Notes under the pieces: model-generated
Databases searched by the model: none
Seen by the model: only the letters and a program-made list of their open reading frames with translations
What the model was told of the DNA's origin: nothing
Assembly: GCA_048013815.1 (NCBI GenBank)
Contig: CM106585.1
Span: forward strand, 2,976,001-3,040,000
Source of the DNA: Setoptus koraiensis
Lineage: Eukaryota > Animalia > Arthropoda
Direction: 5' to 3'
Length of the DNA stretch: 64,000 nt
In this document: positions 12,912 to 25,090 of the stretch, one piece after another
How positions within the stretch are numbered: the stretch's first letter is position 1
How the letters are laid out: each line of letters opens with the position of its first letter
Program-made: the position numbers and the translations under genes

Positions 12912-15749
12912 TCAAGCAGGCATCGGACTATCACTTTGTAACAAACAATCCCAATCTATGTTTCTTCCCAGTACCTCTTCTTTTAACCAAAATTCATAGT
13001 TATCGATAAAAGTTTTCGGTAGCGCATAGGGTCGATTCAAAACTGTAGCCAAGTCTTCGGGTTCATTTAGTAATATGTTATTTAAGTCAGTGGCCAGCTC
13101 TCCAAGTATTGTGGATGACTGATTTGGCGATGATTCATTATTGTTTTCGATCCAATTAGTTCCCAGTGTACTGAGCAATAGCATTTTACCTTCGTATCTT
13201 CTCTGGTGGAACTTGTTTATGCTACCTTGCAAGGCGAATTCTTCCGCCTGAAAGTCCCAAGGACGTGCTTCCATATCATTGCCATAGGCCCAGTCATCTG
13301 ATAGGCAAAATTGGAAGAAACGGAAAAGAAAAAGAATGTTAGTTGAATTTCAATTTTCTTTTAAATTGTTATATGACAGGAAAGTAAGTGCGGGTAAGGG
13401 AGAAAATAATTTACCTGTGAGCCTATGTCTAACTTTCTGATATATAGCACTGAGCAATTTCATATTAGTTTTTCTCCATTGTCTTCCTAAGAATTTTGCT
13501 TGCATTTTGATAAGTTTTAGAATGTAGAGTTGAAAAGTTGCTTGTCTCACGCTCAAGGCTCTTTTCAATGTCGGGGTAGACTTGAAAACCACTAGCATCA
13601 TGATCCTTGAGTGCTTCCATTTTGTCAGCTTATTCAATATCCTGACTAGATTAATGAAACTGAACATGTTTCGCCAACAGTACGGCTGAAATGAGCATAA
13701 CTCGAGCGTTTCAGTTGTGAACTCTGGCTGCTCACCAATAACACAAGCAGGAAACTCTATAGCTGATATTGTACTCTTCGATGAAGTTATACATTCATTG
13801 ACTTCTTGGTTAAGAAATTTCAAAATGAGGGGTATGCAATTAGCAAACATCAATTGTTGACTCATATATTCAAATTGATAGATATGGTTGACTTTGAAGT
13901 GCTTCAGTAGAAGAAGTAATATAGCTGAAATCGCTTTGATAATAATCTCTTTGTGCCGATTAGCGTCCACTCTTAGTTTCATTGATTGTATGATTGTCAT
14001 GGGCATCTCTTCCGGGACCATTTCCGACATAATATTGATAGATTCACTTTTGGTTTTTGACGTTGGCGCAGCTGCAAGTAATATTTTCAGCAGGGCTATG
14101 ACGTATTGTGGTAAACGGTATAAAATAGCTTTGTATATCCTTTCGACTGGTGTATTTAAAGTTTGATTGTCAAGTTCATCATGAGTTAGGGGGCATTGAA
14201 GCAATTCCGCCTCTCTCTCGAGTTGCTTGTCTGCTAGTGAGCAGTATAGGTGTTTCTGTAAAACCTTGAGTCCTTCCTTGATGGGCTCAGGTAACCCAGC
14301 AGTAGTGATCCGATCATTCGGAATGGTATAACCCAAAAATTTCCTTCTTATACTAGATAAATGTAAATCTATATCTTGCTGACGAACTTTTGGGGTCCAT
14401 GGAAGGCCCCTATCCAATTCATTACTCAGTATCGATTGATTGTCTTCATTTATGTCAGGTGCAATATGCCTATTCGGAGCGAGGCCGGTATTGTGATCGG
14501 GACCTTTGGTTGTAGAGTTAGTGGATGATTCTTTGGGCCAAGTATTGATAGAAATGTCATTTAGAGAATCGTTTTGAGAGAGATCTTTCGTTTCAGGTGT
14601 GCTCTCATCATCTTTCTGAGAAGTTGGCGCTTTCGCATCTGTCGAGGTAGTTTCATCAGATACTTCAGAATTTATGTCACAAGGGAACAGATCAATATTG
14701 TCATCTTTGCTGCTTGAACGATCCTCTTCATTGCGCTCCTCCGTAGAATCATCATCACCTTGCTCATTTTCACCATCCATGTCAAAGTTATTGTTGATGC
14801 ACTGTTGTAAAGCTACCATCGGATCATCGATTGCGGGCTGCTTGAAAACTCTTCGCCGATTTGAGTGTAGAGTTTTCTTTGGTTGTCCATCGTTGTTACC
14901 CTGCACTGTTGGAGGAGAACAAGGTCGTAGAGTTCGAGCAATATCCATTGTGTCTCCTGGAGCGGGCGCCAGTTTAGCGTTCATTCTTCTCAATTGGCGA
15001 AGATTTTTCAACCGATCGGAGCCACCAAGCGTCAAGAGAATCGTTTTCCAAATTAACAATGAGATCTTCTTGACTGGGTAATGGGGAGCAAGTCCGTTGC
15101 AAAAATCGTTCAACATTCTGAATAAAGTGATGACAAGAAACTCTCCTTTATCATCAACTCCGTCGTGTCCAGACGGTTCCTGTAGTTCGCTGATGAACTG
15201 TTCACGAAGATCTAGCACCACTTGGTCGTTGGCGTGAGTGGTCTTAGCTGAGTACATTGTTTCTGCAAACGTATAAAGTACGGACAGTATTAATCGTAGC
15301 TCGGATGATTCGCTTAAACCGGCTGCTGGAGGTCTAGGTTCAGGATTCCAACCAAGATCGGCTTCTTTGTGAAGCATCTGTACGAACACTTGAAATACTC
15401 CATGCACGTATAAGACAAAAACGTTTTGTTGGGCACTCTTAGCTTGTTCCTCTAATGTCAGGCATTCTCCAAAATTCCCTTGTGTCAGATATGCTAATGC
15501 TCTTAGTGATTTCAACCTAACAGGACGCGACACAACATCTACAGTTTGTAACAGGTTTGACAGGGCTCTGGATTTTTGTTCCTGACTCATCTGATACCAA
15601 GACAGGGGCAGGCCATAATCCTCCATGAGTTCCTCGAATGAGTTTCTGTTTGCGAAAAATTCATATTCCTCGCTGTATGAGTATAATTCACTGATTTCAT
15701 TTTGATAGCTATCCGAATCGGTATAGACAAAATCTATTTGATCGGCCAT
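12912..15749 (-). CDS. Strip: Striatin-interacting protein (STRIP1/2, FAM40; STRIPAK subunit), 906 aa; exons 15749-13415 and 13297-12912
   Basis: Contains N1221-type motifs (DFVYTDSD...EISELYSYSE, HYPVKKISLLIWKTILLTLGG) and DUF3402-type motifs (LPQYVIALLKILLAAAPTSK, DANRHKEIIIKAIS, WKHSRIMMLVVFKS). A 117-nt GT-AG intron (13414-13298) restores the conserved KVRHRLTDDWAYGND.EARPWDFQAEE. Joined length is 2721 nt. Confidence 0.95.
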
Positions 15750-18261
15750 GGCTTGTTTTAAATTATGTTACGTTGTTGTGTGACAATAGTGATCGACTGA
15801 CACATTTGGGTTCCAAATCGGAAGACAAATAATGACGCTAGGGAACAATTGGTGTGAGGAAAGAGACGATATTTACACTTTTTCCAATCTGCTTGGCGAA
15901 GTCATCATTTTTATTGGTCGTTGCTCTAGCATAAAAAGTTGTTTATTTTGATTCTATTGAGCATTTATTCAAGCAGATGGAAGTACGTGTTTCTCGACGT
16001 GAGGTGGCGCATCGTCTGTTCATATTATTCTGCGCGATCCTGCAGATACGACGAGTACCTGCTACTCGCCGACACTGCACATGAAAATCCAAGTGCCCCG
16101 CCCTGGCGGACTCACAATGAAATACGCTAATGCTGATCTTGTGAAAATTGACTTGTTAAGTGCGCCGTATATTGTGAAAATAACGTCTGTTTACACAGGA
16201 CTTTTCACAAATAGTTCGCAATAATAGCGCCAAATTCAAAGTCGAAAATTGCAAAGATATTCATCGACGACCACATTTCATCGACGGCTTGCCAAACTTG
16301 TTATTGAGTTTGCTTTTGATGTTTAGCACTGTCATCTACACATAGGAACATCATCACAAATGCTAATGAACACCTGTACTGGTCAGCGAATGGCGAACTC
16401 CAAACAGTGAGACATGTCCATGTCTCACAACTGGACCCTTTGTTTTGTGATACCTTCAAGACAAGTTAGCTTGGAAGTTGTTTTATGTGTGTGTCACTCT
16501 CACATAAAAGCTGCTTTTCTAATTACCTGCATCTATCTAGAGAGTACAATAATCATGTGCGAATGTCTAGCAGCGTTTTGTATTCTTGTTTGCTGGTCCA
16601 GAGAAGAGATGCCTCCAAGGAATTGTATGACAAGTTGATAGGAGACTAACAAGGTAATAATGAGACAAAGAATTTTGTAAAACACACGAAAAACTCATTG
16701 GGAATAAGTTGGTTGTTGATATTGTTTTGTTTGTTGCACACTTCTAGAAATAGATAGATGCTCTCCAGCAGACTATTACATAAAAAGTAATCTGTCTATG
16801 TAAGGTGATGGCTGTTGTTGCGCCATTTAGTCCATGCGCGAAAGACTTGAACAGTAACAACAACAACAACGGCAGAGAATTGATGACGACGACGACGACG
16901 AGGCGTAACATCTTTCGAAGCCTCGGAATGCACTCCATTTCGATTGTGTTAACAAGAATGCATTTAGGTTAAGTGCAGTGTGAGGCACATTCTCGGCTTC
17001 TTTTATGCACATTCTGGCGTGGCTCTGCTGCATTACATAATGTTTTATGCTCAAAACCACCGACAACAATATTGGACAATAATAAAAAAAATCGGTCAGC
17101 TACAACAATACATTTATTTATTTATGACCATGTAACAACTCACCATCAAATATATCTATCCGAGAGAGATAGTACATGATAAAAAATATTATCAGTTTGA
17201 TTCTGGCTGTCTGACTGATTGACCAAAGCACATATACAAACGATAAGCACACTCTAATATGCTCAAGAGAGAGCTCTTGAGGGTACTTCACGTATGTGTG
17301 TCGTCAGACAGATTAGCTCAAGTCGAAATGTAATAAGTTGTGTCAGTGCATGACTCAATTAATTTAGCTTTATCAGTCAAGTGAGAAAGAATATAGTATA
17401 TACAGGAAAAATGTATTATCATTACAAGCATTTAGAAAGGAGAGAAAGCTCAAAACAGAGATAAACTTGGCCAGTAGTATCAACTTGATGGCAATCCACG
17501 CAAATATTATTATTTGCTATATTTACTCACTGTTTTGATAAGATAGCAGAAGCAACATCGGCGGCATCATCTTAAAGTTCAATCAAGTTTATACAAACAA
17601 CGTTACGTCTATTTTGAGACACACACACACACTACGCTTTTATTTATTTATTTACATGTGTGAATCACAACAAACAACATTCTGGCAATAGATAATGATA
17701 ATTATTTCAATCATCTAACTATCCAAACATCCCACAAGACACTTATATATTTCAGATAACACATGTACTGTAATGTAGACCATATACAGAACAACAGTGT
17801 TTTCGAGATACAGTAGTCTAAATACATCCCATGAGTTGCAAAAGGAATGAAGCGTGTCACAGATAAAACAAACCAACGCTCATGTGGAAAACAGCAGGAG
17901 CCTTCATCTCAAAAATCCGTGTTCCAATGCTGACAAATCTATGCAATTATCACAACGCTGCAAAAACATTTCAATTGAACAACGACTGCTCATTTATAAA
18001 AAGTGCCATATCACCACTGCTACCACTCTTCTATACATTACCAATTTACATGTTAAACAATCAGTTCAATTCTAGCTCTACTGTTATCTGATTAATTCAC
18101 CACTAAAGGACCAGTTATATTTGTAATTACCATAATTGGCTATTGAAAGCGCTGATTTCTCTTTGAACAGCAACTACCAGGTTTTATAAGAGCTTATTGT
18201 CATCAAATCAATTAAAGGTTTAAACCAATAATAATCACAAACAGAGACCACATTATTTGCG

Positions 18262-18525
18262 ATGACTAAAATCAACAATCTACAGGCAACAAAACCAACC
18301 ATAGATGACAATCCTACTCAGACCGATCTTCGACCTGAAACAAATTACGCAATCAAAACGAACAAGCAATCTCCTTCATCTGAAACCTTGTCCACGGGAC
18401 AACAACAGCAAGTATCCGAGAAAAAGCAGTACCCTCCGACGCCAGCTTGGTTTTTCACATTGGGAAGCAAACCAGACGCGTGGGGTCCATGTCCAGGGCA
18501 CATGTTTAAAGAATCTGAGAAATGA
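18262..18525 (+). CDS. Putative small orphan protein, 87 aa (or an upstream exon/uORF of the BTB gene)
   Basis: ATG-initiated ORF whose T/Q/N/S-rich composition resembles the real genes here, with a complex C-terminus (YPPTPAWFFTLGSKPDAWGPCPGHMF). No family recognised. Confidence 0.3.
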   Translation: MTKINNLQATKPTIDDNPTQTDLRPETNYAIKTNKQSPSSETLSTGQQQQVSEKKQYPPTPAWFFTLGSKPDAWGPCPGHMFKESEK

Positions 18526-19067
18526 AACTGGGAGGTGGCTATTGAAAACAGTTCCAGTTCATAACGCACAAGTTACAAATAACTAGCTGGGAAACGATCA
18601 CATTATAACTACAATAATGAAATAATATATATATCTATTTACTTATGATCGATCGTAATCATCATCTCAATTATTACCAAACGAGGTAGTAATCATTTTT
18701 TCCGATGTAACTTTCATAGTCTGATTCAGATATAGTCTCACAACAACATTTGTATTGCTACAGAATCGAATTCCACTATCAACCAACGTCAACCATCGAT
18801 TGTTCGAATTTTGCAATCATTCTTGCCGAACTTCATTAATTGCAATCTTACATACTGTCGCTTTGTACCTGTATATTGGTATATACTATCAGACATTCAC
18901 AAATATATCTCATAGTTTACATATGTCAACATAAATATATACATTTATATATTTGTTCTCATCAAACTAACATATTATAGCACGTACACATATGGCAAGC
19001 GTATCTAAAATTTATCATCGGACATTTAAAGCAAAAAGATTGATCACGACACTCATGGACGTAATTG

Positions 19068-22000
19068 ATGGCGGACAGTAGTACATCGAATTGTCATTAT
19101 AACTTTATTACTGATGCCTTCGAACAACCTAAATCCACAACATTATCTATGAATGCAGCAAACCAACGCAATCACTTCAAACCTACTAAAGCTTTCCTGG
19201 ACAAATGTGCAACCAGCCAGCAGACTCTTCTCGATCATATCACGTCTCAGTATCATGAAGAATTGAGAAGTTTATACCAAAGTGAACTAAATGCAGATAT
19301 CATTATCAAAATAGGAGAAAACTTTAACAAGTCTCTACATAGATGCATTCTAGCCTCAAGAGTTTATAAATTCTACAATACCTTGAGGTTATTTACAGAT
19401 GACAATACATTTAATCAGGATAATTCATCCATAACAACAGGACAGGAAAATTCATTGTCCCTGGGTACCTCTTATAGCGAACCAAATTTCGTCTTTAAGA
19501 AACAAGTCTATTCTATACCATCCGAATTGATTAGCCCGGAGCTATTTCAAAATTTTGTCAGGCGAATCTACCTTGATGTGGATGTACATGAAGAAGAATT
19601 AAGACTGACAACTAAATTTGGCGATTGGCTCAAGTTGAATAGGCCCCATCTTATAAGAAACATTCCAAAAAGATACTCACCCAATCACAAATTAACTTTT
19701 CGTACAATCATACCAGATTTTGATGTCAGCGATCCTGCCCCTTTGACCAACATTGCTACAGCAAGGCCACCAACAATGTCTACACAGTCAGATAGTATAG
19801 AGAGCGGTACAACCAGCAATAATAATAACAATAAGATGGATTCTTTGGACAGGATATCGAAACCATTAATTGGTGTACCAAAGGATGAAGAGCAACAATT
19901 AATTACAGAGCGTAATGATGGAAGAGAACAAGAGCCCGTGTCAGAGCTTGACGGTGTTACACCATCCCTTACCCGTACTGATACTTTTGAAAGACTTACA
20001 CCATCAACTAACAAATTAGAAAAGACTGACTCCGATGCTCAACTAAGCTCAATGGACAAGACTGTCACAGGTGAAACTCAAAAGAGCGATGATAAAGTCA
20101 CTAGTATGGATAGTAATCAATCATCAGGTATGAATGCTCATTTAATTTCTAGTCAAGATGATGACAGGAGCGATTATGGAGCAGACGTCTCTAGCGTAGA
20201 TGGATCTAATGCACCCACGCCAACATCCAATGCTCAATCATCGAGCTTGTTGACATCATTGTCGTCAGCAAAAGATCCGAGCAGTGCAAAATCAAATTCA
20301 TCATCACAATCGACCCAAATCGTACCTAAGCAAAGGACTAGTACAATACAAGCATCATCATCAACATCGTTACGTCAATCTCTTTTACAGAACAACAATG
20401 AAACTTCTAGCAAGAGTAAAAGCAACATAGCGAGTAATTCAATAACGGCAAATAAATCTTCGGTCGGTAAGGGGCAAGATTATCAACCTGTAGCTCAAAA
20501 AAGGGTCAACGCTGTATGCAAAGCACCGGCAGCAAATCGCGTGACTTCAACGGTGAAGCCCACTGTACAGCAACAGTCGCCAACAAATCCTATAGTCACT
20601 CGTGCTAAACCAATCTCTTTAGAGCGAGCTCAATCACCGATACTGGTGGGCAAACAATCTAGGCACCAATTCAAATCGTCAGGTAATAGTCAAATAAAAT
20701 CTGTTGGCCAGGATAGAAAAACAGCAGGCACCCCTCAACAGCAAACTGATTATGAATCGGAAACACTTGGCTCCGAAATCAATGACTCCGGCTCTTATGC
20801 AATCGATGCATCATCATCTGGTCCAGGTGGATATGTATCAATAGATAGGCACACTCTTGCCTCTTATTCGAGACTGGCCGAAGCAATGACGAGGATGTTC
20901 CTCGAAGAGATTGAATCGGACGTGATAATCAACGTTGGTGCATCGAAACAGATAAAAGCACACAAGTGTATTCTTGCCACTAGATCGGCTTACCTGGCGG
21001 AGGCGATTGAAAAACAACACGTTCTGCTGTTGGAAAATATCACAGCCGGTCAAGCAACAGCTGTTCAACAACAAAACAGAGACGATGACGATAATTCCAA
21101 CAATGACGAATCTTCATCAGCAGAATTAGCGACAGCGCGTAGAGTAGAGGATGACATGAAAACGAAACAAGTTTACATAAATCTGACTGATTTCTCTTAC
21201 ACAACTGTTCATTTCGCTGTTTTACATTTATATTCGGGAATTGTCAAAGTTTCAGATGAACTGGAATTAGAGGAGCTAGCCAAACTCACCCATCTATTGC
21301 ACGTGGGAACTTTACGTCAAGTTTGTCAACACAATTTGCGTATGACTTTTTGCCATTTTTTCCATAAGCCTTGTAATATTTGCACACTTGGCGTACTAAA
21401 GACATTACCGCTAGCCTGGCGATACGATTATTCCGATCTATACACAAAATGTCTGCAATGGATTGGAACGCATTTCGCGCAAATATTCTGTTTGAAAGAA
21501 TTCTCTGAATTGCGACCAACCGACCTGATCGAAGAATGCTACGCAGCGACACTCAATCAATTGCAACCGGACAACATAATACAGCGTACCCTGGAATGCC
21601 AAAAATTATTGAAGAGCCTGCCCAGAGTTAAGTGGTCAGAAACTATAGTGGGTTTAGTAGGTCGACAACTTGAGGATTTCTGTCACTATGTCGCCGAAAA
21701 CTACGACAAAATCATACAAACAGAATCATTTATGAGCTTAGGTAAAAATTGCTGGGAATGTGAAATATTGGAAGAGAATCTATTGGCTGCCATGAATCAT
21801 TTAAAGCCAGACATGGGATGTAAATGTCTTGTTTTATTGCACAAAATAGAGTGTTCCAACGAAACATTCAACGATGATTCCTCTAACCATGTTAGTGAAT
21901 CATTTGCAAACTTAGTTTGTAAGATGCGCAAATATTGCGAACGATATCTGATTCGCGAAGCGGCACAAGTTGTGCATTGCTCCTCTTGGAAACAAATGCC

Positions 22001-22383
22001 TCTATCGCTGCAACGTAAAATCAAGGATCAGGCCCTAATAACTGTTGATTTTGACGATCCAACCCGTCATTTAAGCACCAAGCCAAAGTTAACCTCCAGT
22101 ATGAATAGAAGAATCAATCAGCAATCACCATCGCAACATCATCATCATTCCGGCCAAAATAGTAGCGGGGACGACGGAAACAAATCGTCATCGATAGCAA
22201 AATCGAGTCCAAGTGCCGGAGCACAGCTACCACCGATGAAAAGCAAAAAAATTGTATCTCGCCACGTCAAAGTGTAAGTATTTTGCTAGACTAACACATT
22301 CGCATCGCTTGACTTTTAACTGGCTAGATAATTGATTTTTACCACCTTTATCATTATTTTCTTTTGTCAACAGGCTGAAATAA
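19068..22383 (+). CDS. BTBD8: BTBD8-like protein with two BTB/POZ domains and a BACK-like helical region, ~1070 aa; exon 19068-22273 plus probable terminal exon 22374-22383
   Basis: BTB1 reads LYQSELNADIIIKIG...LHRCILASR and BTB2 reads IESDVIINVG...IKAHKCILATRSAY. These are followed by FCHFFHKPC...KCLQWIGTHFAQIF, which resembles BTBD8 (YCNFFQKP...CMKWIVKHFA). First ATG is 19068 (in-frame TAA at 19062). A gtaagt donor at 22274 and cttttgtcaacag acceptor at 22373 give C-terminus RHVKVLK*; the unspliced frame stops at 22277. Confidence 0.8.
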
Positions 22384-22645
22384 TGATTCACCTTATCATA
22401 AGCCATAGTTATTCCGTCAAGGATGACAGATCAGGATAGGTCAAGTCATCGGATAGAGACTTAAATAAACATTGACAGTTTCCTAAATAATGCCGATTCT
22501 ACTATTTATTGCTCTCAATAGATATTTTCTGATTTGCACCTCTACATGGGTTTACGCTCTCATTTTAGCAATAAATGGTACACAGCAAGACAATTTACTT
22601 GCGGAGAAGCTAGTGTTACAATAAACAATATGATATCAATGCATT

Positions 22646-23145
22646 NNNNNNNNNNNNNNNNNNNNNNNNNNNNNNNNNNNNNNNNNNNNNNNNNNNNNNN
22701 NNNNNNNNNNNNNNNNNNNNNNNNNNNNNNNNNNNNNNNNNNNNNNNNNNNNNNNNNNNNNNNNNNNNNNNNNNNNNNNNNNNNNNNNNNNNNNNNNNNN
22801 NNNNNNNNNNNNNNNNNNNNNNNNNNNNNNNNNNNNNNNNNNNNNNNNNNNNNNNNNNNNNNNNNNNNNNNNNNNNNNNNNNNNNNNNNNNNNNNNNNNN
22901 NNNNNNNNNNNNNNNNNNNNNNNNNNNNNNNNNNNNNNNNNNNNNNNNNNNNNNNNNNNNNNNNNNNNNNNNNNNNNNNNNNNNNNNNNNNNNNNNNNNN
23001 NNNNNNNNNNNNNNNNNNNNNNNNNNNNNNNNNNNNNNNNNNNNNNNNNNNNNNNNNNNNNNNNNNNNNNNNNNNNNNNNNNNNNNNNNNNNNNNNNNNN
23101 NNNNNNNNNNNNNNNNNNNNNNNNNNNNNNNNNNNNNNNNNNNNN
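22646..23145. other. Assembly gap (500 N)
   Basis: Exactly 500 N, a fixed-size placeholder. ORF-track entries spanning it are artefacts. Confidence 0.99.
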
Positions 23146-24187
23146 AGCATGTAGTGCGCGGCTTTTAATGTTTACGCTCAATCAATACTGCACCTTTAAC
23201 TATGGAGAGATACACGCAGACAGAAGAGTTGTTTGTGCGCCTGTTGTTGTTGTTGTTGTTGCTGTTGTTGTTGTCTTGTTGTCGTCTTGTTTATTCACTT
23301 GTGTGTTTGTGTGTTGTTGTTTTTGCTGTGTTGTTGTTGTTGTTGTTGTTTGTGAATGTCTAGTGAGTTATTACCATCTCCCCCGTCTTCTCTTCTTCCA
23401 CACACCATCACCGTCTACGTCATCACCGTCACCGTCGTCGCCGCTGCCGTCGGCGCCGCTGGTGTCGCCACCACCGCGCCACCAAGCCATTGCATAGTTT
23501 GGGGTGGTTGCGTGAAGAGACAAGCGAGCGAGCGAGCGAGCTAGCGAGTCCTCCTACACTCAATGTGTCTCCTGTGTCTGCTGGGCGTAACGTCATCGGC
23601 ATCCACATTTGTAGTTGGAGAATCGCACTGCAGGCGGCGCACTTCATTGCGACAACCGCGCCAGTACAATGGTAGCGCCATTTGCCAATCCCTCTATGTG
23701 TGTTGCAGGCAGTTATTTAGTTTGCAACGCGCACATACGCACCGCGCAAGTGCCCAGCATCGGCAGCAGCACAATCAGGTCAGCGACACCCTGTGCCGTG
23801 TGCGCCACGCGTCAGCCGGCTCACTCCAATTGACCGTGCATTGAATTTATGCGCCGGGCACGTTTCTTGTTCCGACTACTGTGCGCCGCGACATGTTGGC
23901 GCGCTACCCCACTGTGCCCATGCGAATACGAAGCGTGTATGAGATGCTTGTAAATCTACTGACAAATCCACTGCAGTCTGCAGACTGCAATGAATGCCGC
24001 AGCAGCGCATAGTAACCTTTTTTACGCTGATTCTAATGCCATGCACCATCGGAGCAATGCACCTCGCAGCAGCGCACCTCGCAGCACTCGAGCGCACTCG
24101 CATTGGTGCAATCCACTTATTGCTGCAATGTGGTGCAGCATTGTGACTCACAATCTGTGACTCACTTGATTGTTAATTCTGTGCGGC

Positions 24188-24376
24188 TCACCGCCTGCAC
24201 CACTTGCACCGCCTGCACCACTTGCACCGCCTGCACCACTCGCACCACTCGCACCACTCGCACCACTCGCACCACTCGCACCACTCGCACCACTCGCACC
24301 ACTCGCACCACTCGCACCACTCGCACCACTCGCACCACTCGCACCACTCGCACCACTTGCACCGCTTGCATCACTC
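24188..24376 (+). repeat. 9-bp minisatellite (GCACCACTC)n, ~21 units with variant flanking units GCACCACTT/GCACCGCCT
   Basis: 13 perfect GCACCACTC units at 24233-24349, with degenerate units on both sides. This explains the six repetitive ORFs in the track. Confidence 0.97.
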
Positions 24377-25023
24377 AAACCGAATGCACCAGTTGGACAG
24401 TTGCGCAGAAAATAGCGCAAATGATGTCCAACTGGTGCACCGGCTGATAAGGTGCTCGGACCAAAGAACTGTCACTTGCTGACTAATTGTCAGTTTATTG
24501 CGCCGCCCTCTGACGCAACCACCAGCCATATCAGTAACTATATACATGTGTATATATATATAATATAGCGACGACTATATACATACTTGCATTTATGGTG
24601 CCATTGCTAGAAGCGAAGACGCAAACGCAGTTGTAATACTATTACAAGTAAACTCAATAATAACAATAACAACAACACAATAATGACAGCCAGCGAATTG
24701 GTATTAGCTTATTAGTCGAGCTAACTAGCTTGGCGGCGGGAATCGGCTGGCATTGGTTTTATTCATTGTTGTGATGCATCGATTGCATGATATGGCGGCA
24801 AGAGTGTGGGTTGTTTATCATGGTGCAATATCATGCTCATCATAAGCAGCATTCGTGATGTTGTTTTGATCTCACACAAACACAAATGATGTTGACACAA
24901 ATAACAATAACATCATCAGCGACAACAACATCAACAACAACAACGTCGGCTCGTGACGACTAGCTCGACACAATAGAAACCATTTGTTGGCAACAATGTG
25001 TTGCGAGCGCCCATGTGACCGCT

Positions 25024-25090
25024 CTCTGACAGCGACTCTGTTTGGGAGTCTCTGTCAGAGTCGCTGTCAGAGTCGCTGTCAGAGTCGCTG
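25024..25090. repeat. 17-bp perfect inverted repeat overlapping a 12-bp tandem repeat (TCAGAGTCGCTG x3)
   Basis: CTCTGACAGCGACTCTG (25024-25040) is the reverse complement of CAGAGTCGCTGTCAGAG (25056-25072), with a 15-nt loop. Confidence 0.9.

Noticed and set aside
15960-16470. GC-richer patch upstream of STRIP, considered as an snRNA or small spliced gene
   Set aside because: No match to recalled U1/U2/U4/U6atac/SRP motifs and no convincing ORF; probably promoter/UTR sequence.
22534-23181. ORF-track entries made mostly of X (also 45088-45730)
   Set aside because: They are open only because they cross N gaps.
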